A stretch of DNA of 60,461 bases, the filler included, from Squatina squatina (lineage: Eukaryota), in NCBI GenBank assembly GCA_031763465.1. It is 4 parts of 4 records of this genome, joined end to end, with 100 filler letters (N's around TTAATTAATTAA, not from the genome) between each part and the next. Parts side by side here need not be neighbours in the genome. Positions count along the whole stretch, not along the records: positions 1 to 19,826 come from JARFOE010000091.1; positions 19,927 to 33,932 come from JARFOE010000100.1; 2 more parts are not named here. One strand, given 5' to 3'. The notes under the pieces were generated by a model. That model was not told where the DNA came from and ran no database searches. It saw only the letters and a list, made by a program, of their open reading frames with translations. The translations under genes were made by a program, and so were the position numbers. Below are positions 10,355 through 21,110 of this stretch, piece by piece (position 1 is the first letter of the stretch; each line of letters opens with the position of its first letter).

Positions 10355-11130
10355 CGCTTCAGGCTCCTTCCAGGGATTTGCAGCAGACATTTGCAGGATC
10401 GTCAGCCACCCACAGATGCATCACCCACGTGACCGATGCCATGTTTGAAAAATCAGCCAATTATGTCAACTTTGCCACTGATGAAGCCAGTGTTACTGAG
10501 CGGGCGCTCAGCTTTGCGGCTCTGACTAACTTCCCTCAGGCGTAGGGTGTCATTGACTAGACATATGTGGCCATGAAGGCACCCCACCTCGCCAGGAGTG
10601 TTTGTGAACCACAAAGACTTCCACTCCCTCATTGTGCAGCTCATCTGCAACCGTAAAGAGATGATTATGCATGTGTGTGCCAGATTCGCTGGCAGCTGTC
10701 AGGACTCGTTCATCCTGTCCCAGTCCACCCTCCATCAGTTCTTCACACCTCCAAACAGATTTACCGGCTGGCTACTTGGAGACATGGCCCATGACAGCCG
10801 AGAGGAAGCCAAGTACTGAGGCCGAGGAGAGATATAATGAGAGCTACATCTCCATTAGATGGGTAAAAGAACAAACAGTAGGCATGCTGAACATGTGCTT
10901 CAGATATCTTGACAGATCTGGAGGGGCCCTTCAGTACACATCAGCCAGAGTCTCCAGAATCATCATCATCTGCTGCGTGTTGCATAACATAGTGCAGCAG
11001 AAAGGATCAGAGCTGAAGGAGGAACATGGTGCACAGCGCACAGCACACTGCTTCTTCAGAGGAGGAGACAGAGGACATGAGCAGGTGGAAGACGAGTGGG
11101 AGGAGGAGGTGGAACCTGAGATGCAGGTAA
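10355..11130 (+). pseudogene. PIF/Harbinger (HARBI1-like DDE) transposase relic
   Basis: Across frameshifts: [97 protein letters not shown], then an acidic tail; stops and frameshifts present. Confidence 0.88.
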
Positions 11131-11544
11131 CACCAGCAGTTGTGGGAAGCGTGGGGTGGCCTCATCACGGCCAGATTTACTTAACTTGCTCCAATGCTCC
11201 ACTAAGCTATCACCTCCTCCCACCTCTCCCCACNNNNNNNNNNNNNNNNNNNNNNNNNNNNNNNNNNNNNNNNNNNNNNNNNNNNNNNNNNNNNNNNNNN
11301 NNNNNNNNNNNNNNNNNNNNNNNNNNNNNNNNNGCTCCACCACCCCCCCGCCCCGACCCACAAGTGGTATCTCCTTTGAGGAAGCCCACCAAAAAAAAAT
11401 CACGGTTCCTGAGGCTGGAGGATGGACTGGGGTCAAGGCAAGTCTGTGGGATGAACTCAGGTTGCCCCAGGGCAACAGCGCGCACGCCTTTGGCGTGGTT
11501 AGGTATCCCTAAGGTCCTTTGCAGCAGCGGTAAATCAGACTACA

Positions 11545-11858
11545 TTTGACACCGAGCCGCATAAGGAGACATTAGGGCAGGTGAACCAAAAGCTCGGTCA
11601 AAGAGGTCGGTTGTCAGCAGCGTCTTAAAGGAGGAGAGAGAGGCGGAGAGGTTTAGGGAGGGAGTTTCGGAGCTTAGGGCCCAGGCAGCTGAAGGCACGG
11701 CCGCCAACGGTGGAGCTATTAAAATCGGCGTGGGCAGAATTGGAGGAGCGCAGTGATCTCAGAGGGTTGTGGGGCTGGAGTAGATTACAGAGATAGGGAG
11801 AGGTCCCTGGAGGGATTTGAAAACGAGGCATGAAAGTTTTAAAATAGAGGTGTTGCTG
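11545..11858 (-). mobile_element. L2 (LINE2) 3' fragment
   Basis: SPYLCNLLQPHNPLRSLRSSNS..TVGGRAFSCLGPKLRNSLPKPLRL; homologous to 1633-2075. Confidence 0.85.
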
Positions 11859-11958
11859 NNNNNNNNNNNNNNNNNNNNNNNNNNNNNNNNNNNNNNNNNN
11901 NNNNNNNNNNNNNNNNNNNNNNNNNNNNNNNNNNNNNNNNNNNNNNNNNNNNNNNNNN

Positions 11959-12085
11959 CACGCGGCCCCTTTAGCGGCCCATTCAAAATACCGTACCTGC
12001 CCAGTTTTTCCCTTTAAAAGCCGGTGGGTCGGCTGCGCGGGACCTCCGGAGCACCACGTGGCTACACAGCTTAAAGGGAACATTG
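11959..12085. mobile_element. hAT-type MITE, right end (left end in gap)
   Basis: Ends cagcttaaagggaacattg, matching the termini of the copies at 38962-39124 and 58102-58260. Confidence 0.55.
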
Positions 12086-12609
12086 ATACTGATAGGGTGA
12101 GATGAAGTAAGGTCAGAGGAAACTCATAAATACCTGCCGAGGGTCCTGTTTCCGTGCTGTAACTTCTGTGTAATTCTCGAACTAGGATGTATGATAACAA
12201 TTGCACAACTGAGCGGCCAATCAGAAAGGCAACAATAACAGTCACTGAATTACCCATTAGTCCCTTTCATAGTTGTGTAAGCACTATAAATAATGCTTAT
12301 TGTGTCAATCCAGTCACGCAGTGCGGAAATTGATAGGAGTAAGGCACAGAAAGGCCTGCTTCACACATAAGGTCATGGTAATTAATGTGAACCCTGAGAG
12401 GGCAGAGACATTCCCTCCATCCACTTCCAAAGACAAGAAGCATCAGGCACGGGAGGTCAACACAATCTCAACACCCCGCTGTCCACTGAAGGATGTGCAG
12501 AATCTGGAGCCTGATTGCAAGAAATGAGGTGCATTTGGCAGTTGTAACCGTTAACTGCTTTACATTGCTGTATACGGCCAGCAGTGACAATGAACCTACG
12601 TTGGTAGGA

Positions 12610-12780
12610 AGGCCTATTCAAGGAGGTTGCTCTGGCTGTCCGCCTCTCTTCTGCAGTCCTGGTCCGTGCCCGGATGGCCTTGGAGAGGGAGTGTAGGGTG
12701 CCCACCATTACGTTTGAGGCCTTCCACTACCGGTGGGCACTGCAGGGTATGGAATGTATTGTAGACGCCAGTGATCGTAT
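12610..12780 (+). mobile_element. Tx1-clade (L1-like) ORF2 extreme C-terminal fragment
   Basis: LVRARMALERECRVPTITFEAFHYRWALQGMECIVDA resembles the recalled Tx1 ORF2 end (RARVALE..EAF..RWAPQG). Confidence 0.6.
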
Positions 12781-12789
12781 TCGAATTCC

Positions 12790-13000
12790 ATAGAATCGTA
12801 GCATGATACAGCACAGAATGAGGCCATTTGGCCCATCGTGTCTGTGCCGGCTCTTTGAAAGAGCGATCCAATTAGTCCCACCCCCCACTCTTTTCCCATA
12901 GCCCTGCAATTTCTATCCCTTCAAGTATTTATCCAATTCCCTGTTGAAAGTTACTACTGAATCTGATTCCACCGCCCTTTCAGGCAGCGCGTTCCAGATC
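12790..13000 (-). mobile_element. CR1 LINE 3' end (different tail subfamily)
   Basis: IWNALPERAVESDSVVTFNRELDKYL on the minus strand; tail gatgggccaaatggcctcattctgtgctgtatcatgctacgattctatg. Confidence 0.8.
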
Positions 13001-13114
13001 NNNNNNNNNNNNNNNNNNNNNNNNNNNNNNNNNNNNNNNNNNNNNNNNNNNNNNNNNNNNNNNNNNNNNNNNNNNNNNNNNNNNNNNNNNNNNNNNNNNN
13101 TTTATACTTCCTAT

Positions 13115-13330
13115 ACTGACCGATCAGCCGTGATCTCATTGAATGGCGGAGCAGGCTCGAGGGGCTGAATGGCCTAATCCAGCTCCTATTTCTTATGTTC
13201 TTATGTCAACTTGCACTTATGTCAAATTGCATTACAACAGTGACTACACTTCAGACGGACTCCATTGGCTGTAAAGCACTTTGAGATGTCCAGTGGTCGT
13301 GAAAGGTGCGATATAATTGCAAGTCTTTCT
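13115..13330 (+). mobile_element. CR1 tail followed by a Deu-SINE 3' tail
   Basis: ggagcaggctcgaggggctgaatggcct..(ttcttatg)x2, then attacaacagtgactacacttca..ggctgtaaagcactttgagatgtcc..gtgaaagg. Confidence 0.7.
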
Positions 13331-13830
13331 CGCTCCAACTGCAGCCTAACTCAGGCCTTGTACAAGTTCAATATTACCTCCTTGCTTTTTGCATTTTATG
13401 CCTCTAAATACCAATAATTCCATTTGCAGCATCTACTTAAACTGGTACCATCATTAACCTATATATCTACATTCTACAGTCCCTCCATTCCATTTGAAAT
13501 GTTACGACTTAAGGTGTGCTTCCTTGCCCTGTTCTTATTTCAAAAATGTATTGCTTCATATTTCTTTACACTGAAGTGCATTTGCCACCCATCCTGCTAG
13601 CCCATCTATTTCCTCCTGCAGTCTTTCACAGTCCTTGTCGCAGTTCCTTGTCGCAGTTTGCCATTTCTCCCACCCTATAGTTTCATCAAAAAATGTTGAT
13701 ATTGTTCCCTCAATTCCTAATTAATGTATANNNNNNNNNNNNNNNNNNNNNNNNNNNNNNNNNNNNNNNNNNNNNNNNNNNNNNNNNNNNNNNNNNNNNN
13801 NNNNNNNNNNNNNNNNNNNNNNNNNNNNNN

Positions 13831-14740
13831 TGTGGTAGAGAATTCCACAGGTTCACAACTCTCTGGGTGAAAAAGTTTTTCCTCATCTCAGTCCTAAATG
13901 GCTTACCTCTTATCCTTAAACTGTGATCCCTGGTTCTGGACTTCCCCAACATCAAGGTCATAACTTTCCAGTGCAGTTAATCACTGAATCATAGAAATTT
14001 ACAGCATTCAGCCCATCGTGTCTGTGCCTGACTGATCCCACTTTCCTGCTCTTGGTCCATAGCCCAGTAGGTTATGGCACTTCAAGTGCATATCCAAGTA
14101 CTATTTAAATACAGTGAGGGTTTCTGCCTTTACCACCCTTTCAGGTAGTGAGTTCCAGACCCCTACCACCCTCTGGGTGACAAAAGTGGCTGCAGTGTGT
14201 AACATCTACAAGACGCACTGCAGCAACTCACCAAGACTTCTTCGACAGCATCTCCCAAACCCACGACCTCTACCACCTAGAAGGACAAAAGCAACAGGCG
14301 CACAGGAACCTGACTCAGAAATACTTCGTGTTCCTTCATTGTCGCTGGGTCAAAATCCTGGAACTCTCTCCGTAACAGCATTAAGGGAGTACCTTCACCA
14401 CAGGGACTGCAGCAGTTCCAGAAGGCGGCTCACCACCACCTTCTCAAAGGCAATTAGTGATAGGTAATAAATGCTGGCCTTGTCAGCGATGCTCATATCC
14501 CATCAACGAACAATTAAAAAAAATTTACTTCAATATAGATAGGTGTGAGGTGGTACATTTTGTTAGGAAGAAAAGGAGATCACATACTCCTTGGAAAAGA
14601 AGTTTAAATGGGGTGGAGAGGGATCTGGAGGTAATGGTTAAACAAATCACTAAAGGTCGCGACACAGGTTAATAAGGCCACTTTAAAAAAAGCAAACCCA
14701 GCACTGGCGTTCATTTCTAGATGGATAGAATTGAAAAGCA
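13831..14740. mobile_element. Cluster of LINE fragments (CR1 -, CR1 -, family 2 +, CR1 RT +)
   Basis: HSLRIRGKPFRTEMRKNFFTQRVVNLWNSLP (-); CR1 tail 13990-14180 (-); family-2 3' end 14185-14525 (+); FNIDRCEVVHF..ERDLEV (+). Confidence 0.75.
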
Positions 14741-14789
14741 CGCTAGAAGTGGCACTCAGCCCTAACTCCACTAGGTGTGTCGAGGAGAC

Positions 14790-15260
14790 TCAAGCGTGTG
14801 GAGCGATTGTTTATGAACTGACCCCATCGGACGGAATTTCTCAGTGGTGCCAGTCCTCGAAACCTCACAACTTGAGCCGCCACTCGGGAATTCCCTCCAT
14901 GCTATTCCATTCTGTGTGGAGGGGTTTCCTGTATGGGCTGCTCCTGCATGCTCTCCATTTCATTGTCCTTGTCCGCTGTCTGGACATGCCTTGGTGAATC
15001 ATCTTGCTGTCCGGAGGAGGCGGAAGTCCCCAGTGGAGGGCTCTCTATGTGGGAGTTCTCCCCTTTTCCATTAGGGATTTGGTGTGGAGAGTGTTGCACC
15101 GTGCAGTCCAGTGCAATAAATTTTTAAGCAGATTCACGGACTCCCAGGCCTCCTGCAATTTCCACTGCCTGGAGGAATCCATGTTTCATGTATACGTAGA
15201 GTGTGAGAGGTTGCAACCCATCTCCACTATTTGAAGGGATTGTTTCTTGGATTTTGGTCC
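14790..15260 (+). mobile_element. Tx1-clade ORF2 fragment with zf-RVT zinc knuckle
   Basis: GFLYGLLLHALHF..DMPW..SPQWRALYVGVLPFSIRDLVWRVLHRAVQCNKFLSRFTDSQASCNFHCLEESMFHVYVECERLQP (W..H..C..E..H...C pattern). Confidence 0.8.
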
Positions 15261-15439
15261 ACAAAGTATCCATAGCTAAAGTGGAAGCATTCATGAGACA
15301 TGCTGCAACTGCTGTGTCCATGGCCTGTGTTACTATGGTTACTACTTTTGTTGGCCATTTTAGTCCTCTAGACATTTTCATTTGTCTATTTCTTGCACTG
15401 CTGTGGCGATAGAGCAAAGAGCCTGCTCAATATGATCCA

Positions 15440-15747
15440 TGTGTTCTAAGATCCATGTGTACACGACATGCTACAATGATGCTGAAGACGCTGGCTGTAT
15501 TGCGAGGCTCCACAAGATTTACTAGGCCCCTAAAACAAGACTTGAGAATGACTACAGTTTGCTCTATGGCACCTTGTAGTGTCATGGGCTGGGCCTCATG
15601 CAATCTGTTGTCCCCCTCAGTCTGAGGAAGCTTTATTAAAGCCATACGCCATGACTGCAGGGAATAGCCTTGAGCATCAGTCAACCTTCCTGATACATGG
15701 CTTTGAGTCGTCAGGACAGGCATGGTGGATTGTAACAGGATGAAAAC
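15440..15747 (-). pseudogene. Second, more decayed Harbinger transposase relic (C-terminal half)
   Basis: VFILLQSTMP..GRLTDAQGYSLQSWRMALIKLPQTEGDNRLHEAQ..AIEQTVVILKSCFRGL..IIVACRVH parallels the segment at 10700-11000. Confidence 0.7.
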
Positions 15748-15847
15748 NNNNNNNNNNNNNNNNNNNNNNNNNNNNNNNNNNNNNNNNNNNNNNNNNNNNN
15801 NNNNNNNNNNNNNNNNNNNNNNNNNNNNNNNNNNNNNNNNNNNNNNN

Positions 15848-16619
15848 CCTTCCAAAATGAAGGACTTTTCCTACATTATACTCCATTTGCCAACTTTTTG
15901 CCCACTCATTTAACCTATCAATCTCTAAATTGTTTGTATCCTCCTCACATCTTGCCTTACCACCTGTTATTTTCTGCAAATTTGGCTACAGTACACTTGC
16001 TTCCTTCCTCCAACTCAATATATATTGTAGAACAGTTGAAGTCCCAGCACTGATCCCTGTGGCACTCTACTGGTTACAGGTTGCCAACCTGAAAATGACC
16101 CCCTGCTTGCTGTTTCCTGACAGTTAGCCAATCCTCTATCAATACTAATGTTACCTCCAACAACATAGGCTCTTATCTTGCAAAGTAACCTTGTGTGGCA
16201 CCTTGTCAAATGCCTTTCTGATTTGGAAATCCAAATTACATCTACTGGTTCCCCTCAATCCACTCTGGTTGAATCTTCCTCAAAAGAAGTTTAATAAATT
16301 TGTCAGACATGATTTCCCCTTTATGAAGCCATGACACTGCTAGATTTGAACTTTGCAAATGTTCCTATTTCTTCCTTAATAATGGATTCTAACATTTTTC
16401 CAATAATACATGTTAGGCTAACTAGCCTATAGTTACCTGCTTTCTGCACCCTTTTTGAATAAGGGTGTCACATTGGCAGTTTCAGTCCTCCAGAATCTAA
16501 GGATTTTTGGAAGATTACAACCAATGCATCCACTATCTCTAACTACTTCTTTTAGGATCCTAGGATGCAAACCATCAGGGCTAGGGGACTTATCGCCTTT
16601 AGCCTCATTAGTTCACCTA
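15848..16619 (-). mobile_element. CR1 reverse transcriptase fragment, degenerate
   Basis: KSPSPDGLHPRILKEV..YRLVSLTCIIGKMLESIIK..AFDKVPHTRLL..FSGWQPVTSRVPQGSVLG..IDRLNEWAKSWQMEYNVGK. Confidence 0.88.
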
Positions 16620-16719
16620 NNNNNNNNNNNNNNNNNNNNNNNNNNNNNNNNNNNNNNNNNNNNNNNNNNNNNNNNNNNNNNNNNNNNNNNNNNNNNNNNN
16701 NNNNNNNNNNNNNNNNNNN

Positions 16720-17020
16720 AGAGGTTGTTTCCCCTGGCTGGTAGGGTCGGCCATTTAAGACAAAGATGAGGAGGAATTTCTTCACTCAGAGGGTTGTGAA
16801 TTTTTTGAATTCTCTGCCCCAGCGGGCTGTCGGTGCTGAGTCCCTGAGTATATTCAAGGCTGAGATGGGCAGATTTTTGGACTCCACGGGAATCAAATAA
16901 TCTGGAGATCGGGTGGGATAGTGAAGTTGAGGTCAATGATCAGCCATGATCTTAGTGAATGGCGGAGTAGGCTCAAGAGGCTGAATGGCCTACTCCTGCT
17001 CCTATTTCTCATGTTCTTAT
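16720..17020 (+). mobile_element. CR1 LINE 3' end
   Basis: MRRNFFTQRVVNFLNSLPQRAV.. plus tail gaatggcctactcctgctcctatttctcatgttcttatg. Confidence 0.85.
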
Positions 17021-17870
17021 GTGCAAGGCACTTCACAGTGCCAATGAAATACTTTTCAAATGTAGTCACTGTAAGGAGACAAAGCAGCTAACTTGTACAC
17101 AGCAAGATGTAACAAACAACAAAGAGATGAATGACCAGATAATCTGTTTGTTGGTATTTATTGACGGTCAGATGTTGGTCAAGTCACTGAGAGAACTCCC
17201 CTTTTCTTCTTCGAATAGTGTATAGGATAATTTAAGTACACCTGAGAGGTCAAATATGGCCTTGCTTTAATGTCTTCTCTGAAAACACCAACTCCAACAG
17301 TCCAGCACTCCCTCAGTACTGCACTGAAGTGTCAACCGAGATTATGTGCTCTGCAGTGGAGCTTGAACCCATGACCTCAAACTCAGAGGTGAGAGTGCCA
17401 CTCCTGAACCAAGGTGGACATTTGACAAAGTAAAACTATAGGAGCAGCTGAGGAGGGTGTGCAAGACCATTGCTGGAGATAAATTTTGAAAGGGAATCTA
17501 TTAAAATGGTTACTAGGACTGAAAGTAGAAAAGACACCAAATATAGAAAAGGCTTACATTTATAGATTGCCTTTCACAACATCGGGCGTCCCAAAGCTCT
17601 TTACAGCCAATACTTTTGAAGTGCATTCACTGTTGTAATGTAGGAAATACATCAGTCAATTGACGCAAAGAAAGGTCCCAAAAACAGCAATTTGATAATG
17701 ATCAGATAATCTGTTTTCATGATGGTGGTTGAAGGATAAAGATTGGGTCGGACACCAGGGAGCACCCTCCTGCCCTTGAAAGAGTGCCATGGAATCTTTT
17801 ATACCCACATGAGAAGGCACCTCAGTTTAACTTATCGTCCAAAAGACAGTGTCTCCGACGTTGCAGGACT
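17020..17870 (-). mobile_element. Two Deu-domain SINE copies (17020-17420 and 17545-17870)
   Basis: Both show the reverse complement of the Deu core (accagataatctg, gcactccctcagtactgcac in the first copy); the first has the tRNA-like head gggttcaagctcc. Confidence 0.72.
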
Positions 17871-18289
17871 CCCTTGTGTTGGGCCTCGGGCCTCACTTCC
17901 ACGGAGCCAGTGAGCTGCATAGCTGCAGTGCTGCTCTCTCTCAGCTCCACAGTGAGAAAAGTATGGAGGTCAGTTAGCGCCATGTTGTGCTGTGCTAGTT
18001 CACCACATGGTGAGTGAAGTGTTGATGCATTCAAAAATTAAAAATGGGTCCTGCAAGGCGCACATTAGTTTAAATAAATGTTTCTACCTCCTAAATGCTG
18101 CTCACATGCGCTCATGCAGTCAGCGCATCTACCTTATCCAATATGGCGGGNNNNNNNNNNNNNNNNNNNNNNNNNNNNNNNNNNNNNNNNNNNNNNNNNN
18201 NNNNNNNNNNNNNNNNNNNNNNNNNNNNNNNNNNNNNNNNNNNNNNNNNNAGAAAGTATTGACTGAATTGAGATCATAGAGAGGATGAA

Positions 18290-18605
18290 GTTGGTAATAG
18301 ACCTATGACCTAGAAGTCTTGAGTTCAAATCCCAAACTGAATTCAATAAAAGGTGCTAATTTGCATGTCAACACCTGAAAAAGGCCAGGAAAGCTGCTGG
18401 ATTGTCATAAAAATCCAGTTTCAGTGCCCAGTTCCAACACGACTCTAGAATCCACACTACACAGCTGACGCTTAATGCCCTCTGAAGCAATCTGGAAAGC
18501 TACTCAGTTGTACAATCAGTACAAAGTTAGAAGGAAGCCCATTCCCATCTTTCCCAGGGCATTTAAAATAGCCTTGCCAATGTGATCATATTCCGAGAAC
18601 AAAAA
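18290..18605 (+). mobile_element. Old tRNA-derived SINE with a family-2 LINE-like 3' tail
   Basis: B-box gagttcaaatccc; 3' end agaaggaagcccattcccatctttcccagggca..gccttgccaatg resembles the tail at 1203-1290. Confidence 0.5.
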
Positions 18606-18824
18606 GGATCCTAATTAAGTTTTAAACAGGTTAAATCCAGTTCCTAAGGAATTCGAGTTATTACATGAAGAATGGATTTCTACAGCACAGATTGGAAAAT
18701 CAGAGGTGTCACTAGGAAAAGGTTTTGGGGAAAAATGAAAACACTAGTAAGGAGTATTCTGGCTCTGGGGTTAAGGTTTCTAGAGCTGTAGACTTATCTG
18801 AGCTGCATCCAANNNNNNNNNNTT

Positions 18825-19096
18825 TAGTCTCGAGGTGTGTGCGTCATTAACAAGGTCAGCATTTGTTGCCCTTGAGAAGACAGTGAGCCTTCTGCTTGAA
18901 GGGCTGAAGTCTATGTGGTGAAGGCACTCCCACAATGCTGCTAAGCAGGAAGTTCTAGGATTTTGAACCAACAGCGAGGAAGGGACAGTGGTATATGTCC
19001 AAGTCAGGATGGTGTGTGACTTGGAGGGGAACTTGAAGGCGATTGTGTTCTCATGCACCTGCTGCCCTTGTCCTTCTGGATAGTGGAGGTTGCGGG
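18825..19096 (-). mobile_element. Family-2 LINE 3' end
   Basis: Homologous to 6298-6600 (ccaagtcaggatggtgtgtgacttggaggggaactt..). Confidence 0.78.
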
Positions 19097-19826
19097 NNNN
19101 NNNNNNNNNNNNNNNNNNNNNNNNNNNNNNNNNNNNNNNNNNNNNNNNNNNNNNNNNNNNNNNNNNNNNNNNNNNNNNNNNNNNNNNNNNNNNNNNAGTC
19201 CCGATCGCGTGGCGGCATTGGAGGTTTTAACCTTCGCAGTAGGACTGACCAAAAAAAAACAAAAAGGGATTTTTTCCCTCTTTAGCACCCGTTCCACTTG
19301 CCCGTCAAAGACTACAACCCACCTTTTCGTTTTCCATTATAAACAGAGAACAGTAATATATAAAGTTGAATGGTGACTTACTGGGATTACAGTTAGTCCT
19401 GACACAGTCTGGTTATGGAAAATGAAGACAAAAAAAACTGGATTTAAGTCCTTCAAGGTAACTTNNNNNNNNNNCGGGGACAGACATGTGTCAAAGTGGC
19501 CATTTCACATTCAGCATTCACACTCTCTCAGGAATGCCACTCACAGCAAGCATGAATGAAAATTGTTAATGTGGACCTTGAAATATTAGGGACCAGTGGC
19601 GTTTATCATAATTTAACCTTTCCCGCCATTTCTAGACCAGGAAGAAATGGGCGAGGGCAACGCACTCAATCCAGTTTGTGCTTAATTCCACTCAACTCAA
19701 CCTAAGTTATTTACACTGATTCTCCAACCCAACCAAGTTTGTTCATACTTTAGTGCAATGTTGTCCAACCAAACTCAAACCAACCCTTCTTACTTCATTT
19801 TCTATCCCACCCATCGTAGCGTCGTA

Positions 19827-19926
19827 NNNNNNNNNNNNNNNNNNNNNNNNNNNNNNNNNNNNNNNNNNNNTTAATTAATTAANNNNNNNNNNNNNNNNNN
19901 NNNNNNNNNNNNNNNNNNNNNNNNNN
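19827..19926. other. Artificial scaffold spacer N44-TTAATTAATTAA-N44
   Basis: Exactly 100 bp; the 12-mer puts stops in all six frames; identical at 33933-34032 and 46716-46815. Confidence 0.97.
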
Positions 19927-20774
19927 GTACAATTCTACTCGCTGTGTAATACAAACATACAGAGAATCCATTTTAAGGCATAACAGGTCATAGTGCTGGC
20001 TCAAGTTCACATAAGAAAAAAAATTCTAGGTTCTCAACATTCTGTATTGCCATGGTTAACCGGAATACTGCCATTATAAATGATTTAGGAACCAAAATCT
20101 AGTTTTAACACATATTTATAATAATTTAGTAGTGCTATCTGAGTAAATACAGATTTTACCCCAGTGAAATTGTGGTTTAAGGATGGCATCTTGCTGAACA
20201 TGGGCATAATTAAGGATCAACTGGTCAACTACAGTTGAGTGATGGTGTTTTATGTAGTTTCAGTAAAGGAGAATGTAACATGAAAAGTATTATGCCATCA
20301 CATGACATCTGACTGCTGTAAAAAAGGTTGACTGTTAACATGTCTTTTTGAATAGCTGAAATTAGTGGTTGATTGTTTCACATTCATATCACTTAAATAG
20401 AAAATTCAACTCTAAATTATTGTAAGGTAGGCATTTTCAAATTAATGGGTTTTGATGACATTTTTAACATATTGGCTTAGAATTTCTCAGCTCAATCATC
20501 ACAGGAGAGGAGAGAAGATAAGATTACAGGATGCACCTCCTAGAGTTATACAGCAAAACAGAGACAGGCAGGGAAGCACGCCGTCAGCATACTGGTTTGA
20601 TAGCAATAGTATATATGAAATGCAGGGGAATCTAAGTACAGAGAATAAAAAGAAAATATTCTGAATTGTAATTAATCCATTCAATGTAAAGTATGTACCT
20701 TATTTTGTACATATTTCTTTTAAAATGCCTCGTTTTCTTCAGTTCCCAATTTTTCTTCCCCCGCTTCTCTCCTA

Positions 20775-21110
20775 AAGGTACAGACTCTCTCATTGGGATA
20801 CAGTGGCAGTTGCCATCTGATACCTCACCCAAGCGATAATTATTCATGTGTGAGCACTGAAACAGATTGCAGACAGGCTAGTTAACTGTGGAAGACATCA
20901 CATCGATCCTGTTCTCAACTGGTGGCCACAAATTTGCCATTCCAGTAATGATTGCTGTTTAGCAATCAATAGCAGAAACTCTGGCAAATTCTTCACCATT
21001 CCTAATCCAGGAGTGCTGCAGCCAACTATAGTGCCCCTGCTGAGATTAGCTGATTCAAACATTAACCGAGGATTAAACCTGAGATGTTCCTTATCAGTAA
21101 GCCTCAGAAA
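20775..21110 (-). mobile_element. Old tRNA-derived SINE ('family B'), decayed
   Basis: Shares motifs (ttcatgtgtgagc, catcaca, tcagctaa, B-box-like ggttc/tnatcc) with 3385-3490(+), 26890-27185(-), 27600-27930(-) and 47690-47945(+). Confidence 0.55.

Noticed and set aside
19827-19926. TTAATTAATTAA motif recurring three times
   Set aside because: Always centred in exactly 44+44 N; an artificial all-frame-stop linker. Gene neighbourhoods across it have no meaning.
19927-19932. Scaffolds 2 and 4 both start with gtacaa
   Set aside because: Two instances only; at most a library or assembly effect, not biology.
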